64,000 nt of DNA from an uncultured Alphaproteobacteria bacterium (GCA_963820275.1 CAWFZL010000019.1:522-64521), one strand, 5' to 3'. Positions 29,435-38,368 are shown, counted from the first letter of the stretch. The notes: generated by a model from the letters alone, not told the origin. Program-made: numbers and translations.

Positions 29435-30502
29435 ATGCGCGTACCAATCTACTACGGCGATTACCTGCGCCTGGACCGGCTGCTGTCATCGCAGGAGCCC
29501 GAGAGTGCCAAAATCGGTATCAACGCCCATGATGAGATGTTTTTCATTATCGTCCACCAGACCTACGAGTTGTGGTTCAAGCAGATCCTGCACGAGCTCA
29601 ATCGAGTTGAGACAGACTTCGGCACGATCCCCGTCACCGATGATGCGATGGCCCGTATCGTACACGGGCTCAACCGTATCTATGAAATCTTCAAACTTGT
29701 CGTGGCCCAGCTTGACGTGCTGGAGACCATGACGCCATTTGACTTCCTAGACTTTCGCGACCTGCTGATGCCAGCTTCAGGCTTTCAATCTCTGCAGTTC
29801 CGCTTGATCGAGACGCGGCTCGGCTTGCCGCCTGAAACGCGCATTCGATTTGATGATAAGGCGATCGAGGAACATTTTTCCCAATCCGATTCCGCCGCTC
29901 TGCGAGCCGCTGCCACTCGGCCATCCCTATTCCACTTGCTCAATCGCTGGCTTGCACGAACGCCGTTTCTGGACTGGGGAGGAAAAACATTCCGCGAGGC
30001 CTATCGCACTGCGGTGAACAACCATCTCTCGCGCGATGCTGAGCTGGTGCGGGCTAACCCTGCGATCACGCCGGAACGACGGGATCTCGAACTAAAGAAT
30101 ATCGAGCGCGCGATCGCGTCATTTTCGGAAATTTTCTCGGAAGCACGCGAAGAGGGCAGTTGGCGGCTGTCGCCGCAATCAGTTCAGGCGGCTCTTTTCA
30201 TCACGCTTTATCGTGACAAGCCTGCCGTGCAGCCGGCGTTTCGGCTTCTGACAGCGCTCATGGACATCGACGAAACAATAACTCTGTGGCGCTATCGCCA
30301 TGCGCTCATGGTCGAGCGCATGATCGGGCTGAAGATCGGTACTGGCGGCTCCTCGGGTGGCGCCTATCTCTGGACAACCGCCGAGCGACATCGCATTTTC
30401 TCTGATCTCTTCCGACTATCCACGTTTCTCATTCCGCGTTCAGCGGTGCCTGACCTTCCCGCTGCAATCCAGCAGCAGATGAGCTTCGTGTACGCGTCAT
30501 GA
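29435..30502 (+). CDS. kynA: tryptophan 2,3-dioxygenase family protein
   Basis: YYGDYLRLDRLLSSQ...HDEMFFIIVHQTYELWFKQILHEL and FRDLLMPASGFQSLQFR are TDO signature blocks. The start is placed at MRVPIYYGDYL, although the ORF is open from 29360. Confidence 0.8.
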   Translation: MRVPIYYGDYLRLDRLLSSQEPESAKIGINAHDEMFFIIVHQTYELWFKQILHELNRVETDFGTIPVTDDAMARIVHGLNRIYEIFKLVVAQLDVLETMTPFDFLDFRDLLMPASGFQSLQFRLIETRLGLPPETRIRFDDKAIEEHFSQSDSAALRAAATRPSLFHLLNRWLARTPFLDWGGKTFREAYRTAVNNHLSRDAELVRANPAITPERRDLELKNIERAIASFSEIFSEAREEGSWRLSPQSVQAALFITLYRDKPAVQPAFRLLTALMDIDETITLWRYRHALMVERMIGLKIGTGGSSGGAYLWTTAERHRIFSDLFRLSTFLIPRSAVPDLPAAIQQQMSFVYAS

Positions 30503-31707
30503 CGATGCTCGATCTCACCGCTCATTTCGCGAAGTTTCGCGCTGCGGCGCCTGAGCGGATCAACCTTGCAGCGCACAGCCACCATGACTGGCCCGACGTG
30601 ACACTCGCAGCACAGGAGCAGTGCTGGCTCGATGCGGCCCGGCTTGCCGGCGAAAAATGGAACTTGGTATTCGGTGAGCTAATTCCGCGCGTCCAGGCCG
30701 GCATCGCAAGGCACCTCCAACTACCTGACCCTTCGACTATCGCCGTTGCGCCCAACACGCACGAATTCCTGTGCCGGCTATTGTCCTGCTTTCCGGCGGA
30801 TCGGCCCATTCGTATCCTGACGAGCGACGCCGAGTTCCATACCGCACGGCGACAGCTCGAGCGCCTGGAGGAGGATGGGTTGGTTGCCGTCACGCGCATA
30901 TCTGCCGAGCCATTCGAGACCTTCGCTGAACGCTTTCATGCGGTATGCGGAAGGGGCGAACATGACCTTATCTTTGTAAGCCAGGTGTTCTTCACTTCGT
31001 CGGCAACGTCGGGAAATCTCAGGGCCCTGGTCGAGGCGGTGCCGTCGCGCGATACTTTTATCGTAATAGACGGCTATCACGGCTTCATGGCCCGTCCGAC
31101 CGATTTGTCTGAGATCGCGGGCCGCGCCTTTTATCTCGCAGGCGGCTACAAGTATGCGATGGCAGGGGAGGGATGCTGCTTTCTACATTGTCCGCCTGGC
31201 TACGGGCCAAGACCCCGGGACACAGGCTGGTTCGCCGACTTCGGCTCCCTTGCAGCGCCTCCAGGGAAATCAGTCGGGTATCCCCGAGATGCCGGCCGAT
31301 TCCTGGGTGCGACTTTCGATCCCTCGGGTCTCTACCGGCTTGCCGCCGTATTCGATTGGCTTGCCCACGAGAGCATTACTGCTGAGCAAATCCACTGTCA
31401 CGCACAGGCATTAATGACGTTATTCATCGAGGGGCTTGCGCTCCAGCACATTGAGGGATTGCGGTTTGCGGATTTGATTACGCCGTGGGGCGCTGAGGTC
31501 CAACACGGCAATTTTCTTTGCTTTCGGACGCGGCGTGCACGCGAGATCGAGGCAAAGCTTGCCGACGTACACCTGCACTGCGATCACCGCGGCGACCGCC
31601 TTCGCTTCGGGTTCGGGATTTGCACGAATGCAGCAGATCTCGATCAGGCACTGGCGAGAATCAGGCGCGTGATTGGCAGCCAAGGTCCGTGCGGCGGGGG
31701 CTCTTGA
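30499..31707 (+). CDS. kynureninase-like / class V aminotransferase-fold PLP enzyme
   Basis: 402 aa. GGYKYAMAGEG aligns with the kynureninase PLP-lysine block (xxYKYLNGGPG), and TGWFADFG aligns with SGWFGH. The start overlaps the kynA stop (ATGA). Confidence 0.7.
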   Translation: MTMLDLTAHFAKFRAAAPERINLAAHSHHDWPDVTLAAQEQCWLDAARLAGEKWNLVFGELIPRVQAGIARHLQLPDPSTIAVAPNTHEFLCRLLSCFPADRPIRILTSDAEFHTARRQLERLEEDGLVAVTRISAEPFETFAERFHAVCGRGEHDLIFVSQVFFTSSATSGNLRALVEAVPSRDTFIVIDGYHGFMARPTDLSEIAGRAFYLAGGYKYAMAGEGCCFLHCPPGYGPRPRDTGWFADFGSLAAPPGKSVGYPRDAGRFLGATFDPSGLYRLAAVFDWLAHESITAEQIHCHAQALMTLFIEGLALQHIEGLRFADLITPWGAEVQHGNFLCFRTRRAREIEAKLADVHLHCDHRGDRLRFGFGICTNAADLDQALARIRRVIGSQGPCGGGS

Positions 31708-31826
31708 GGCTCCCACGATACAGAGGAGCTATCCATGCAAACGGTCAGCCAAGCGGCGAAGACCGGAGCGATCGGGAAGCCCCGAAAGGCTGCTTGATCG
31801 TCAACTCAATCGGGTGAAACCCATGG

Positions 31827-31872
31827 TCGGCAGGCCGGCGTTATCAGAGCGCGGTCTGCCGAATTTTTTTTC
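31827..31872 (+). terminator. rho-independent terminator of the rocD-kynA operon
   Basis: An 11-bp stem TCGGCAGGCCG / CGGTCTGCCGA (one G-U pair) with a 14-nt loop, followed by ATTTTTTTTT. Confidence 0.75.
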
Positions 31873-31893
31873 ACTGTCGGGATCTGCACAAGA

Positions 31894-32121
31894 TCAGTCA
31901 TACCAATCCTTGCCGTCGCGCGGCAGTTCGTACCGGCCGCGTGAATATCCCGTCGACACTGCCGCCCGGAGCTCCGCGATCTGTGCCTCCAGGAAGCTGT
32001 TGGCCACGATAAGTGCTTTGACTGCCGCACGAGCATCGCCGCCGCAGGTTGCTATGGCCTGATCGGCCGCAGTTTCGATATCCTCGGGAGCGGGTGCGGA
32101 CAGTTCGGGAGAGCCGGACAT
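31894..32121 (-). CDS. hypothetical small protein
   Basis: 75 aa with coding-like composition: MSGSPELSAPAPEDIETAADQAIATCGGDARAAVKALIVANSFLEAQIAELRAAVS... It diverges from ku. Confidence 0.55.
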   Translation of the reverse strand: MSGSPELSAPAPEDIETAADQAIATCGGDARAAVKALIVANSFLEAQIAELRAAVSTGYSRGRYELPRDGKDWYD

Positions 32122-32192
32122 AATTCAATGTTCTCTTTCTGTTCTCGCAGAGTCAAGCTCCAACTCGGATGTTTTCAACGATCAGGGATGTC

Positions 32193-32218
32193 GGAACTAT
32201 GTCTATTGAATCGTCTTG
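32193..32218 (+). promoter_or_regulatory. ECF-type promoter-like motif upstream of ku
   Basis: GGAAC-N14-CGTCTTG lies ~35 nt before the ku ATG. 20 of 28 positions are identical to the motif at 34410. Confidence 0.3.
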
Positions 32219-32252
32219 AATCCGAGCAATCCCCAATAGGAGTTCTGCGTAA

Positions 32253-33161
32253 ATGGCCCCGCGCGCCAACTGGAAAGGCTTTCTGCGTCTGTCGCTCGTC
32301 ACCTGCCCCGTGGCGCTATACCCGGCCACTTCCGACGTCGATAAGATTTCATTCAATCAGATCAACAAGAACACCGGTCATCGGATCAAGTATGCGCGCG
32401 TCGACGCGGAGACCGGCGAGGAGGTCCCGAACGAGGACATCATCAAGGGCTACAAGGTCGACACCGACACCTACATCGAGGTGACGAAGGACGAGCTGGA
32501 GAACGTAGCGCTCGAATCGACGCGGACCATCGAGATCGATGAATTCGTCAAGCGCGAGGAGATCGATCCGCGCTACATCATCCGGCCCTACTACCTGACC
32601 CCCGACGGCAAGGTCGGACACGACGCCTATGCCGTCATCCGGGAGACGATCCGCAGCATGGACATGGTCGCGATCGGCCGCGTGGTGTTGACTAACCGCG
32701 AGCACATCATCGCGCTAGAGCCGATGGAGAAGGGTCTGGTCGGCACGCTTCTGCGCTACCCCTACGAGGTGCGATCCGAATCCGAGTATTTCGATGATAT
32801 CCAAGACGTGAAGCTGACGAAGGACATGCTCGATCTCGCCAAGCATATCGTTAACCAGAAAAGCTCCCATTTCGAGCCAGAGAAGTTCGAGGACCGCTAC
32901 GAACAGGCGCTGATCAATCTCATCAACCAGAAGCGCGCCGGCAAACCCGTCACTCCGAAGGAGCGCCCACGGGGCAGCAACGTTGTGGATCTAATGGAGG
33001 CTCTGCGTCGCAGCGTCGGCCAGAAATCGGCACCGGCCAAGCCCACGAGAAAACCTCGGAAAGTCGCGAGCGGGCAAAAGGAAATGCTGATGCCGATCGA
33101 AGGCAAGAAGAAGACCCCGGCAAAAAAGTCGGCTGCCAGGCCGCAGCGCAAATCGGCCTGA
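32253..33161 (+). CDS. ku: Ku protein (non-homologous end joining)
   Basis: 302 aa. The typical bacterial Ku start is MAPRANWKGFLRLSLVTCPVALYPA, followed by TIEIDEFV...IDPRYIIRPYYLTPD and a basic Lys-rich tail. Confidence 0.92.
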   Translation: MAPRANWKGFLRLSLVTCPVALYPATSDVDKISFNQINKNTGHRIKYARVDAETGEEVPNEDIIKGYKVDTDTYIEVTKDELENVALESTRTIEIDEFVKREEIDPRYIIRPYYLTPDGKVGHDAYAVIRETIRSMDMVAIGRVVLTNREHIIALEPMEKGLVGTLLRYPYEVRSESEYFDDIQDVKLTKDMLDLAKHIVNQKSSHFEPEKFEDRYEQALINLINQKRAGKPVTPKERPRGSNVVDLMEALRRSVGQKSAPAKPTRKPRKVASGQKEMLMPIEGKKKTPAKKSAARPQRKSA

Positions 33162-33182
33162 CGAACGGTTACATTTAGTCAA

Positions 33183-33896
33183 ATGGGGATTCTCATGAAA
33201 CCGCATGTCATTTGCCTCATGGCCGTCAGCGTCGACGGCCGGACACTCCAGAGTCGCTGGCGCCCCGAGGGGACAGCCGGTGAACTGTTCGAGAGGCTAC
33301 ACGACGAGCTGGCTGGTGACGCCTGGCTCGTCGGCCGCGTCACCGGTCAGGAGTTCGCCAAGGGCAAGTCTTATCCCGCTTCATCTTCGGAGACCTTCCC
33401 TCGCCAATCATGGTTCGCTCGACGTGACGCGAAGGCCTATGGGGTCGTTCTTGACGCGCACGGCAAGATCGCCTGGGGCCGTTCGGATATCGGTGGAGAT
33501 CCGATCGTGGTCGTGCTCTCGGAGAACGTATCTGACGCGCATCTGGCCGGCCTACGGAGCGAGGGCGTTTCCTATATCTTTGCCGGGAAGTCTCAACTCG
33601 ACCTGGCCCTCACGCTGGACATCCTCAATCGCGAACTCGGCGTGACGCGTCTGCTGCTCGAAGGGGGCGGCGGAACCAACGGTGCCTTTCTGCGCGCTGG
33701 GTTGATAGACGAACTCAGTCTGATCCTTTGTCCGGCGGTGGACGGCGCAAAGGGCGCGCCATCGGTCTTCGATTCGACCGAGGCTGAGGCTGGGCATCGC
33801 GCCCCCGTCGAGGCGATGAGTTTGGAAAGCAGCCATCCGCTGGGTGACGGCGCGATGTGGCTGCGGTACCGATTGCAGAACGCTACCAACTGCTGA
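33183..33896 (+). CDS. RibD C-terminal domain / dihydrofolate-reductase-like family protein
   Basis: 237 aa with LMAVSVDGR, VTRLLLEGGGGTNGAFLRAGLIDELSLILCP. ATG 33195 is an alternative start. Confidence 0.8.
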   Translation: MGILMKPHVICLMAVSVDGRTLQSRWRPEGTAGELFERLHDELAGDAWLVGRVTGQEFAKGKSYPASSSETFPRQSWFARRDAKAYGVVLDAHGKIAWGRSDIGGDPIVVVLSENVSDAHLAGLRSEGVSYIFAGKSQLDLALTLDILNRELGVTRLLLEGGGGTNGAFLRAGLIDELSLILCPAVDGAKGAPSVFDSTEAEAGHRAPVEAMSLESSHPLGDGAMWLRYRLQNATNC

Positions 33897-33939
33897 AGTT
33901 ATCGTGCTGTGTAATTCGCAACGTCCGACCGGGCCGGCT

Positions 33940-34206
33940 TCAATCTTCCAAGGGACATTCCGGGCACATATCGCCTATCGAATCCAGCACCTCGCGGATT
34001 TCGGCGACCGCCTCGGCCGGAGAGACGCCGGCCGGTGGATCTTCCTCAGCGAGGGCTAGGGCACGCTGCCGGGCATGCGGATCGGCGCGGTCCTGAATCC
34101 AGCTGTGCAGTTCACATTCGCGGATGGCGCCGGCCTCTTGCAGAACCGAGATTGCCCATCCTCGCAGCGTGCGTATCGCTGGTCGCCGTTCCTTGATCAT
34201 CAACAT
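33940..34206 (-). CDS. hypothetical small protein
   Basis: 88 aa counted from MLMIKERRPAIRTLRGW. The ORF is open further upstream to 34377. A GGAAC-N16-CGAT motif precedes it. Confidence 0.45.
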   Translation of the reverse strand: MLMIKERRPAIRTLRGWAISVLQEAGAIRECELHSWIQDRADPHARQRALALAEEDPPAGVSPAEAVAEIREVLDSIGDMCPECPLED

Positions 34207-34231
34207 CGGGATCAACTCCTGCCCGAGGCGA

Positions 34232-34256
34232 ATCGGGGCCGCAGCTCTTGAGTTCC
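34232..34256 (-). promoter_or_regulatory. EcfG-like promoter candidate (GGAAC-N16-CGAT)
   Basis: On the minus strand, GGAAC (34256-34252), a 16-nt spacer, then CGAT (34235-34232), ~25 nt upstream of ATG 34206. Confidence 0.3.
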
Positions 34257-34409
34257 CGCTACTAACACAGAGCAGGGATTCCGAATTGTCGTAGCCGTGA
34301 TTTTCCACTTGTTCCCGGGTCGATGTGTGAGGACTTCGAAACTGACGCTGGCCATGTCTTCCGGAGAACCACAGCAAGGTTCTGCACGCTCTTGCTCAAG
34401 CGGGAGGCT

Positions 34410-34435
34410 GGAACCATTTCTGTTCCTTCGTCTTG
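34410..34435 (+). promoter_or_regulatory. ECF-type promoter-like motif upstream of the 34463 gene
   Basis: GGAAC-N14-CGTCTTG lies ~28 nt before the ATG and shares its architecture with the ku upstream motif. Confidence 0.3.
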
Positions 34436-34462
34436 GTAGACAGCGATGTAAAGGGACGACGG

Positions 34463-34750
34463 ATGGTCAATCCATTGATGTTGTTGGCAGTCGAAGCAAA
34501 TGGCGTAATTGCGCTGCGGATGATGAAGCTGATGCGCGGCGGCAGAAGCGCTCGCCGCGAAGCTGAACTAATGGTCAGCGAAAAGATACATGCGGCTTTC
34601 GAAGCTACCGCAAGTCTGATGGCTGGCGCTTCGGGCAATGAAATAGTTCAACGATATCGACGGCATGTAGCGGTAAATGCGAAGCGGCTGGGCAAGCTTA
34701 ATTCAAGCCGAAGCCATAGGCTCAAGCGAGCGCGGGGCCGGCGGAAGTAG
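34463..34750 (+). CDS. hypothetical small protein
   Basis: 95 aa: MVNPLMLLAVEANGVIALRMMKLMRGG...SEKIHAAFEATASLMAGASG, with a basic tail. The ORF is open from 34433. Confidence 0.55.
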   Translation: MVNPLMLLAVEANGVIALRMMKLMRGGRSARREAELMVSEKIHAAFEATASLMAGASGNEIVQRYRRHVAVNAKRLGKLNSSRSHRLKRARGRRK

Positions 34751-34872
34751 CTCCGTCGCCTTTAGGTAAGCAAGACCGCCGACACTCAGCCACCGCTGGT
34801 TCCCCAGGCATAGCGTTTCGACGTTGCGCGCCGATGCGATTGTGAGCCTTTCTTAGTGATCGCCCTGCGGTT

Positions 34873-34897
34873 GGAACCTTAAATTTCACAGCATGTT
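34873..34897 (+). promoter_or_regulatory. EcfG-like promoter candidate (GGAAC-N16-TGTT) upstream of the phasin gene
   Basis: GGAAC 34873-34877, a 16-nt spacer, then TGTT 34894-34897. The phasin ATG is at 34951. Confidence 0.3.
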
Positions 34898-34950
34898 GTC
34901 CCCGCAGGAATGACCTTTGTGGTCAACTCGATCATCCCTTGGAGTGTCAG

Positions 34951-35439
34951 ATGAGCAAACGAAAGCCAGCAACGGCGTCAAAGCACTCCCGCAGCCCCAA
35001 AATAGCCGCGAAGGCCCAACGCGCCGCTCAGGCTGTTGTTAGAAGTCCGAAAGACAGCCGTCTGCGCTCGGCTGGGACGGGTACTTCTGAATCGCCCCCA
35101 CAGCGTCCTGACGACACACAACAAGAGGCTCTCCTTGTTGGGAACCCGGTGACAGCCTTACAAGATGACTACAAGCAGACGACGACGGATAGCGATTCAA
35201 ATAAACGGACTATTTTTTCCTTAACCACGGCAAACGTGCCCGCTTATCAAGCAAAGCTGGCGGAAATGGCACAAGCCAACGTGCAATTTGCTTTTGAATT
35301 CGCTCAACGGCTTGCGACGATTAGGTCGCCCGTTGAATTTCCCAGTGTCATCTTGGAATTCACAAGCAAGCGGATTGCTCTGTTCCGGAAGTATTCGAAA
35401 GAAATGGCTGAACTAAGTTCCAAGCCATGGACAGGTTGA
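34951..35439 (+). CDS. phasin-family protein
   Basis: 162 aa. The C-terminal half (AEMAQANVQFAFEFAQRLATIRSPVEFPSVILEFTSKRIALFRKYSKEMAEL) matches the alphaproteobacterial phasin domain. The N-terminal half is low-complexity and basic. Confidence 0.75.
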   Translation: MSKRKPATASKHSRSPKIAAKAQRAAQAVVRSPKDSRLRSAGTGTSESPPQRPDDTQQEALLVGNPVTALQDDYKQTTTDSDSNKRTIFSLTTANVPAYQAKLAEMAQANVQFAFEFAQRLATIRSPVEFPSVILEFTSKRIALFRKYSKEMAELSSKPWTG

Positions 35440-35537
35440 TCCAACGCTCGTTCCTGCCGAGCGGCTTTCTCTTGCTTGGCCATTTCTTCGATAAGCAATC
35501 TCGGCAGCGTTTTGCCAATCTTCGTTACGAAAAGGTG

Positions 35538-35570
35538 GCAAAAAAAGAAAATGGCCCCGGTCAAGGGGCC
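35538..35570 (-). terminator. rho-independent terminator (minus strand)
   Basis: On the minus strand, GGCCCC-TTGACC-GGGGCC is followed by ATTTTCTTTTTTTGCC. It begins 7 nt after the TAA at 35580-35578. Confidence 0.8.
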
Positions 35571-35577
35571 ATCCGTC

Positions 35578-35781
35578 TTACATCTTGTCCGTCATCGGTG
35601 GCTTGGCCATGTGGTGATGATAGTGGTGGTGGTAATGGTGATGAACGTGCCGGTGCATCTTTGGGCTTTTCCATTCCTTCCTGCATTGGTTTGTCTTGCA
35701 TCATCGGCTTGTCTTGTGCGACTACCGGGTTTCCACCGCGATCGTTGCCACGGCCGCCAAAACGCAAGAAAGCCTTTTCAT
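35578..35781 (-). pseudogene. small secreted Met/Lys/His-rich protein gene, interrupted (middle third out of frame)
   Basis: AAGGAGAG followed by ATG 35781 gives a signal peptide MKRLSCVLAAVATIAV and then TAG at codon 20. The +1 frame reads GNPVVAQDKPMMQDKPMQEGMEKPKD. The original frame resumes as MHRHVHHHYHHHYHHHMAKPPMTDKM-TAA. The span is exactly 204 nt (68 codons) and a terminator follows. Confidence 0.5.
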
Positions 35782-35864
35782 CTATCTCTCCTTCGGGGTG
35801 ATTGCGCGGCGCAAAACGGTTCGGTCTGACGGCGTGGCCGAAGGCAGTCCTGATGGCCCGGCGC

Positions 35865-37805
35865 TCAGATCTCGAACTCGACGCCGATTTCCATGATTTG
35901 TCCGCTTGGAATTTGGAAATACGCGCCAGGCCGCTGGGCGTTGTGGTGCATGAATGCGAACAGCTCCTCGCGCCAGCGCGGCATGCCCGACCGCCGGCCC
36001 TTGGCAATGATCGTCTCATGACCGGTATAGTATGTCACCCGAGTGAGGTCGCATTGCGGAATCTGCCGGCGCGCCATCGCGACATTGAGCCCGTTGGGAA
36101 CGTTGGGCTGCTCCATGAAACCGAAGCGCAGCTCGACGCGCGTGATACCGTCGGAGATCGGCGTGACACCGACCCGATCTTCATCTGATACGCGTGGCGT
36201 TTCCGCCATCGTCACGGCGACGAGCAACACTCTCTCGTGCATGACACGGTTGCACTTGAAGTTGTGCGAGAGCGCGAGCGGCACGCCCTTCGCCATGCGA
36301 CCGAGCACAACCGCTGTGCCCGGGATACGAAACGGCGGATCGGCTTTGAGTTGTTCGACGAAATCTTTCGAACGCTGTCGTACCTCCAGGCGAACTGTGT
36401 CCATGATCTCTTCGCCCTTGCGCCAGGTGAGCATGAGGAATGCAGTGACGAAGGCGATAGCTAACGGGAACCAGCCGCCGTCCAGGAGTTTCGTCGAGGT
36501 CGACGCGAAAAAGACCAAGTCCAAGACGAGCAAGCTGCCATTCACCACGTAAACGGCGAAGGGGTTGTATTTCCAATGCAACGCTACGAACGTCGCCATC
36601 AGGGTCGTGATCGCCATCAGCAATGAAACGGCAATGCCGAAGGCTCCCGCCAGCGCATCCGACGACCCGAAACCGATGACCGCGGCAAGTGTAGCGGCCG
36701 CGAGTGTCCAATTCACGAACGGGACGTAGATCTGGCCGATCTCGTGACCGGCGGTGTGGATGATGTTCATGCGCGGCAGGAAGCCGAGCTGAATGGCCTG
36801 CTGGGTCAGAGAATACGCACCAGAGATGATCGCTTGAGAGGCGATCACGGTCGCTGCCGTCGCCAGAACGACAAGTGGGTAGTGCGACCATTCCGGGGCG
36901 AGTTGGTAGAACGGGCTTTCGATGGAACCAGGCTCGGTGAGCAGCAGGCCCCCTTGGCCGAAATAATTGAGCGTGAGCGCGGGCAGCGCCACGCCAAACC
37001 AAGCGATGCGGATCGGAATCGGGCCGAAATGGCCCATGTCGGCGTAGAAGGCTTCGCCGCCAGTCACCGCCAAGAAGGCGCCCCCGATTACCGCAAAGGC
37101 CAAGGGTCCCGAGTGCCACAAATAGGTGATTGCCGGCAGCGGGCTCAGGGCGGCGAGCACGGCTGGCGCCTTGGTAATTCCCACAATACCAAGGACGCCG
37201 ATAACCACGAACCAGATCAACATGATCGGCCCGAAAATCCCACCGATCCAGGAGGTGCCCTTGCGCTGGATGACGAACAAAAATATCAGAATCGCAACCG
37301 TTACTGGGACGACGGCGCGCTCCAGCTGGGGGGCGTAGACCTTGACGCCTTCAATCGCGCTCAGAACGGAAATGGCTGGCGTGATGGCGCCGTCGCCGTA
37401 GAGCAGGGTCGCCCCGACGAGGCCGATCAAGACCATGAACGCACGCCGCCTGTTGTGCTTGGCGCGGCGCGGACTGATCAGCGCGAGTAGTGCCAAGATG
37501 CCACCCTCGCCGTGATTGTCGGCGCGCATGATCAGGATCGCATACTTGAAGGAAATGACGATGATCAGCGACCAGAAGATCAACGACACGATGCCGAGCA
37601 CTGCCTCGGGCGATACTTGTCCGCTCGGGCTTGCGGCTTTCGCCGCCACGTTGAGCGTATACAGCGGGCTCGTTCCAATGTCGCCGAAGACGACACCCAT
37701 GCATGCAAGAGCGGCGGCGGCCCAGGCGCGACGGATTTCGGTCGGAATGCCGTCTGTCGCAACGGTGGTCACGGACGCGTCCTCCCACTTTGCTCGCCAA
37801 CTCAA
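35865..37805 (-). CDS. kup: KUP/HAK/KT-family potassium transporter
   Basis: 646 aa with GVVFGDIGTSPLYTL near the N-terminus, ~12 TM segments and a cytoplasmic C-terminal domain. Confidence 0.92.
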   Translation of the reverse strand: MSWRAKWEDASVTTVATDGIPTEIRRAWAAAALACMGVVFGDIGTSPLYTLNVAAKAASPSGQVSPEAVLGIVSLIFWSLIIVISFKYAILIMRADNHGEGGILALLALISPRRAKHNRRRAFMVLIGLVGATLLYGDGAITPAISVLSAIEGVKVYAPQLERAVVPVTVAILIFLFVIQRKGTSWIGGIFGPIMLIWFVVIGVLGIVGITKAPAVLAALSPLPAITYLWHSGPLAFAVIGGAFLAVTGGEAFYADMGHFGPIPIRIAWFGVALPALTLNYFGQGGLLLTEPGSIESPFYQLAPEWSHYPLVVLATAATVIASQAIISGAYSLTQQAIQLGFLPRMNIIHTAGHEIGQIYVPFVNWTLAAATLAAVIGFGSSDALAGAFGIAVSLLMAITTLMATFVALHWKYNPFAVYVVNGSLLVLDLVFFASTSTKLLDGGWFPLAIAFVTAFLMLTWRKGEEIMDTVRLEVRQRSKDFVEQLKADPPFRIPGTAVVLGRMAKGVPLALSHNFKCNRVMHERVLLVAVTMAETPRVSDEDRVGVTPISDGITRVELRFGFMEQPNVPNGLNVAMARRQIPQCDLTRVTYYTGHETIIAKGRRSGMPRWREELFAFMHHNAQRPGAYFQIPSGQIMEIGVEFEI

Positions 37806-38368
37806 AAAGTAACCGATTAGCGCCCGTCAGCAAGCTTGATCATCATGGCGTATTGCGCTGTTTCGCTGCGCTGCACTACTTCGGCGTTTATCGAATCCAA
37901 CGCTGACTCAGGCAAATCGGACTAGTGCGATGTCTCTCTTCCTGGCACATCGCGTCAGTTGGAGCGGTGCAACGATATCTCCGATGTTGGGGGTAGACCG
38001 GAGTGCGCCGGGAGACCGGCAAGGAGTAGATGGTGCAAGTCCATCACGATGAAGGAGTAGCGAACCGCATCGACCCCGAGTCATGCGCAGGTACCCGTGA
38101 GGGTATTGGCGAAGCGTTGACAGGGGAGCGCATAGGCCAGCCATTGAGCCGCGAAAGTACCCTCATCCTGGGTGCCGACGTCGTTCCGTTGGCGGAAGGC
38201 AACACGGATGGGCGCGATAACGCGAGCGCCCAGACGGCCCGGCGTGGTCTTAGACACTGGCATGTGCGCACGCTCTTTGCTCGGGAACCGGGAGATCTCA
38301 TGGTTGGTCAGCGCCAGCATGCCTGCTGCACTGATCCGCGTCGGGAAGGCGAGGAGCCGTAGCCGACG

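Noticed and set aside
35561-36019. 152-aa minus-strand ORF spanning the kup 3' end and the small His-rich gene.
   Set aside because: Its 5' half overlaps the well-supported kup frame. Its 3' half is merely the +1 frame of the broken small gene, and it has no independent RBS or start support.
38030-38362. 110-aa ORF (MVQVHHDEGVANRIDPESCAGTREGIGEALTGERIGQPLSRE...) just upstream of the RT gene.
   Set aside because: It lies entirely within ribozyme domains I-III of the group II intron. It is most simply a chance ORF across structured RNA, not a protein gene.
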